From Psilocybe cubensis (lineage: Eukaryota): a DNA stretch of 64,000 nt. The stretch spans positions 4,216,001-4,280,000 of the forward strand of contig CM038999.1 of assembly GCA_017499595.2 (NCBI GenBank), read 5' to 3'. Below the pieces are notes generated by a model. That model was not told the origin of the DNA and made no database searches. It saw nothing but the letters and a program-made list of their open reading frames with translations. The translations under genes were made by a program, and so were the position numbers. Shown here piece by piece: positions 61,301 through 64,000 of this stretch (position 1 is the stretch's first letter; each line of letters starts with the position of its first letter).

Positions 61301-62188
61301 CAAGTTCTCCACTTCGTCGTCCTTGTGTGCTTGCTTCTCTTCCTTGTCTAAATCCTGAAAGATGCGCTTGGTCTCTTCCGGGGGATTGTATGGACGTTCA
61401 CGGGCATCGCGCGTCTCGATGTTAGGAAACATCTCCTGTAAGTACTTCTTGATCTCGTCAAAGACTGATGAGCGCTCTGAATACGAATCCTTTGGAGGAA
61501 TAAGAGACGTGAAGGGGCGTGCAGAAGGGTTGTCAAAGATTCCAACGTCAAAGCGGTCTCGTTTAAAGATGATTTCAACTGCCTTGGTGACGTCTTCAAT
61601 AGAAAAAGGTGAGGAGAGATCGATATGAGGATTAAAGACCATGATCTTGCTTTCGAGCGCAGGTCGGAGGGATTCATTGATTCCTAGCCAGAAGTATTGA
61701 TTGTATTCCGTCTTGGATATCTTGTTGTTGTTGAGAAGCCAACCAGCGATGCGAATGTATTGCTTCTGATACTCGCGGAAGTCATCAAGAGAACGCATAG
61801 AAAGATTGGAGTGTTGAAAAGCGTAAGCACGAAGAGTACTCAACGTGAACTTCTGCGTCGTCCTAGCATGGTCAAAGATCTTGAGCATATCAGTCTTGAG
61901 TCGTTCCCATTGCTTGGCATGGTGGCTGGGTAAACCTTCAATGATTTCTCTGCTCTCTTGGTTGCAGCATTGAACCATGTATCGTACTTTGTCGTCGTCG
62001 AGAGTGACATTGTACTGATCAAAAATGCGGTCGCAGTGATCCAAAAAGTTCTTGACGTCGACGTAAGATCCAGTGAATTTTGGAGCAGCACTAGATTTAG
62101 GAACGAGCATATCGACAGGAGTACGTTGGATGATGGTAGTAGCCATAGTGGGAGTAGAGGATGGAAGCGGATTGCCAGAATCAGTCAT
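58307..62188 (-). CDS. Gag-protease polyprotein of the Gypsy element
   Basis: APKFTG Gag start, zinc knuckle CYGCHQQGHGINNC, aspartic protease LIDSGS...ILLGRPW, long acidic C-terminal tail. Confidence 0.9.
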   Translation of the reverse strand: MTDSGNPLPSSTPTMATTIIQRTPVDMLVPKSSAAPKFTGSYVDVKNFLDHCDRIFDQYNVTLDDDKVRYMVQCCNQESREIIEGLPSHHAKQWERLKTDMLKIFDHARTTQKFTLSTLRAYAFQHSNLSMRSLDDFREYQKQYIRIAGWLLNNNKISKTEYNQYFWLGINESLRPALESKIMVFNPHIDLSSPFSIEDVTKAVEIIFKRDRFDVGIFDNPSARPFTSLIPPKDSYSERSSVFDEIKKYLQEMFPNIETRDARERPYNPPEETKRIFQDLDKEEKQAHKDDEVENLIKQMSKLTIHDSSYAIYYLRAIKLEPALANMLIAPAIMNPSAQPAQPVPIASQTAPPAPRPPRQSASEIICYGCHQQGHGINNCPTLIDLTNRKLISRDSSNRVVFPDGSRIIRQNGESIAQAVLRQQQPPPPPPQVATKSIAVSEAYYGQMFKNYRAMVAEEEEDDIGTWDGEDEFEFTLAGPGNRIPTEKRTRAARKQVMDAVVPPEPAYLKGKRAEMSKAKDSSQIPSILKRPANSGLPNNVPSSTSIQPVPIPSINQPSAEMNPSIPVKQAQPNVPIRANPTEHPETAQRHEVFDPADDDQIMEDVTPSLERGKSVTKPRAAPQKRVSDISQTVDTMAILRRCLNQPVNATFGELLGVSKDLRTLLINSIKGKTLTVDEFKASLANGNLKLSDKEVLDIIRSAEKDVPVQYMHETNSVESLRAHEPLLRITLMCNGHELNALIDSGSTQNILSEQAWKKIVKLPMDSRNTIVMVDIHGGKSHMLGFVGNVQLDIGTVRTRAHCYVSDKVQFDILLGRPWTRDNYVDILERPEGTFIAFYDVKDPTREQKFLVTPDTQHNRHYFTDTIYDKTPHTMLAHNDLSLANPDAEEGEIEEDLEPGELLDDLRYPSPTPSMIELSILTRQQSLNRHESANPNEDLSTSQDAPSFSDSNCEYDSTQDSSHGLYASDYDSMYQDDSGTSQFNATAHYGHISTPSYDSTNEAPQIEQPPSPSVNPSIKSHTSDNNNPHEEEPADDDPEMEQLSSPKVEAIQFSSDNTHLTAMGMLNPHLRFEDWILYNATYSSPTRVVSDRTGTAFVHYVYPQRDSHINLTTTPTILHFSRTGISSQSNHSASVSAYPMGQRHSASWTHFIPQSIRSQNASPIPQPHSRSSALPETPLSIMIHQETRVSSTVTANVDEHHRGPKALVHPLRVAHNSPKEPLNEDEEELRIAQNGKEVDHNSSLLPLPITSTMHESRASNMDDGNEWYYQYGEESPFGIDNTEEHPLDANTLY

Positions 62189-62363
62189 AGCGTAAACCAG
62201 TTACAGAGTCAGAAAGTGTTGCCTAGAATTGTTGCCTAAAGTTGCCTAGAGAATAGACCAGCGAAGTGAAATAACCTGTAAAGAAAAAGAGTCGAAATGG
62301 ATGGAATGGAAGTGATAAAGTGGTAGATTGCTGTGTTCCTAATACAAAATCCTAATTAACCCT

Positions 62364-62381
62364 CCCTCGCGGTGGGCTCCA
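62364..62381 (-). promoter_or_regulatory. Primer binding site
   Basis: TGGAGCCCACCGCGAGGG begins 2 nt after the CA end of the 5' LTR. The primer tRNA was not identified. Confidence 0.7.
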
Positions 62382-62383
62382 GA

Positions 62384-63457
62384 TGAAGATCGAAGTTTGT
62401 GATTGGTTATAAACTATATGTAATCCAACAAACACAAACTCCAGGGAAAGAGTGGTCCAGACTGGATAGAACGAAACCTTCTCCTAAGTTTCTTAAGGGA
62501 GGACGCTGCCTAGGATTTAAGTAGATTAGGATGGTGTGGATTGTGAAGGGTAACGAAAGCGAAATAGTAAGAAGAGGATAACCGGGTCGTCTGGGTACGA
62601 TAGTAAATAAGCCTTCCGAAAATGGGATGGAACCGTGGAATTGGATGGCGGGTGTATATGGAAAGCGTGAAGAAGATGCGTAGATTGCGTATGAGAAATC
62701 AATAAATGTGAATCTTAGAGGGGTTGTCTGAAGTGAGTGGGGAACGTTCCAAGGGGAGATGAGGAGATGACTAGGAGTTGGGATGTCGTTGAATGGCTGA
62801 ATCTTGATAAGCGGATGGTAAAGGCGAAAGTGTCCTTAAATTGACAATCTTTCTGATGCTTGGAATGAAGCTATACGTTGCGGGAGTATCAACTGAATCA
62901 AGGGTGAAAGACTAAGTCTGTCTCGAATGAAATCACTCCAGATGAGTTGACGGAGGGAAAGAATGTCTTGAATACACTCCTAACGGCAATGGTTGGAAGG
63001 TGTAGAAGGAGTAGGAGCGGTGACGGATTGAACGGAGGAGGGAAAGTAGGGAAGTACTGGATGTCTGGATAGAAGTTGGATATTCAACGCTGAGAAGAAG
63101 AGGCGTTGGATGAGAAGGATGACTGGTCTCGGATGAAATCCTCTCTTAATGGAAAGCGAGATGACTTCGGATGAATGGAAGTAAACTTGGTTTCGACGGA
63201 GGGTGGAACTGATGACTGAAATAGACTTGGGTTTGGGCTTGGCTTGAACTTGAACTTGGAATTGAAATGAATCAATGTGGATTGACTTGAAATTGACTTG
63301 ACTTGGATGAAAATTGACTTGCTTTGAAGAAAGTGGGGACTGGGTGTAACTTTCCTGTCATTTCGTGTAATTCTACTACAGCTTTTATACTAAAAGCTAC
63401 GTGAACAAAATACCAATCTGAGCTACTGAAAACCGAGTCATATACTGTACAAAGTGT
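62384..63457 (-). repeat. 5' LTR, truncated
   Basis: Identity to the other LTR stops at ...ACAAAGTGT, where TAGGGTTTAGGG begins. Confidence 0.92.
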
Positions 63458-63490
63458 TAGGGTTTAGGGTTTAGGGTTTAGGGTTTAGGG
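63456..63490 (+). repeat. Telomeric repeat tract (TTTAGGG)n
   Basis: TTAGGG followed by four TTTAGGG. Confidence 0.95.
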
Positions 63491-64000
63491 GGGGAGCGAG
63501 CACCGAGCGAAGCGAGGTGCGAGCGACTAGTTTAAACTGGGAGTTAAAATGGAAAGAAGCCAGAGGGCTGTTGATTGATATCAGCAGCCAGCCCTTTCGT
63601 CTTTATAGACTCTTCAGTGGCTATTCTTAGAAGGAATGTTCTGGAACATCCGATGACAGCGCGTGAAGTGATGCTGCGCAGCTGTCATGTATCTTACCGA
63701 CTATCATAAATCTGTCAATGTTTATTGTCAAGTTAGACAAGTTTCTGATGAACAGAGTGTCACGGGTCAATGTGGCACATGGTAACCTGTCAAAAGTGGA
63801 TCCAACACTTTTGTTCTTTGACATCGTGGGTTATTGACTGTGATGTGAATCACATGGATATAGAGTACTCTTGTTACGTGGCTCCGAGTAACCGCGACAT
63901 GGGAATATTCACATGTCTAGAGTATAAATAGCTTACCTGGGTCCTTACCTAACAATCAATTGATTGATTGTTGTGAATCTTAATTGGACAGTTCATGATC
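63491..64000 (-). mobile_element. 3' end of another family B Penelope-like element (runs off the window)
   Basis: Closely similar to 27736-28245, including hairpin and hammerhead. Confidence 0.85.
63554..63628 (-). ncRNA. Type I hammerhead ribozyme, intact core
   Basis: Minus strand: AAGAA-UA-GCCA CUGAAGA GUCU-AUAA-AGAC GAAA GGGCUG...CAGCCC UC UGGC-UUCUU. Confidence 0.92.

Larger units (their letters stand above)
52531..63457 (-). mobile_element. Ty3/Gypsy LTR retrotransposon, inactivated, 5' LTR truncated by telomere addition
   Basis: Near-identical LTRs starting TGAAGATC at 52531 and 62384, gag-protease and RT-RNaseH-integrase ORFs in Gypsy order, PBS. Confidence 0.95.

Overview
Fungal (very probably Agaricales basidiomycete) subtelomeric DNA, with the chromosome end to the right. 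Bases 1-27.37 kb are host genes: a 7-exon class III G-protein alpha subunit, a NACHT NTPase, three paralogous multi-exon membrane proteins (DUF6534-like), and an importin beta-3-like gene with decayed partial duplicates. At ~27374 the third membrane-protein gene stops in exon 2 and is capped with (TTTAGGG)n. Everything beyond is accreted mobile DNA. It includes 3' ends of endonuclease-less Penelope-like (Coprina-type) retroelements, each made of a telomere tract, a tandem-GA/GAA hairpin and a type I hammerhead ribozyme. It also holds three same-orientation copies of a hairpin-ended Helitron/Helentron-like repeat, and a divergent gene pair separated by palindrome arrays. One of the pair is an unknown ~1080 aa protein split by a solo LTR; the other is a zinc finger + tyrosine-recombinase-like + RecQ-type helicase gene cut at Walker A. 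Further right are decayed or captured exons and a CpG-decayed Ty3/Gypsy element whose 5' LTR was also cut and healed with TTTAGGG before another ribozyme-bearing end was added. All family assignments are by motif recognition, not database search.
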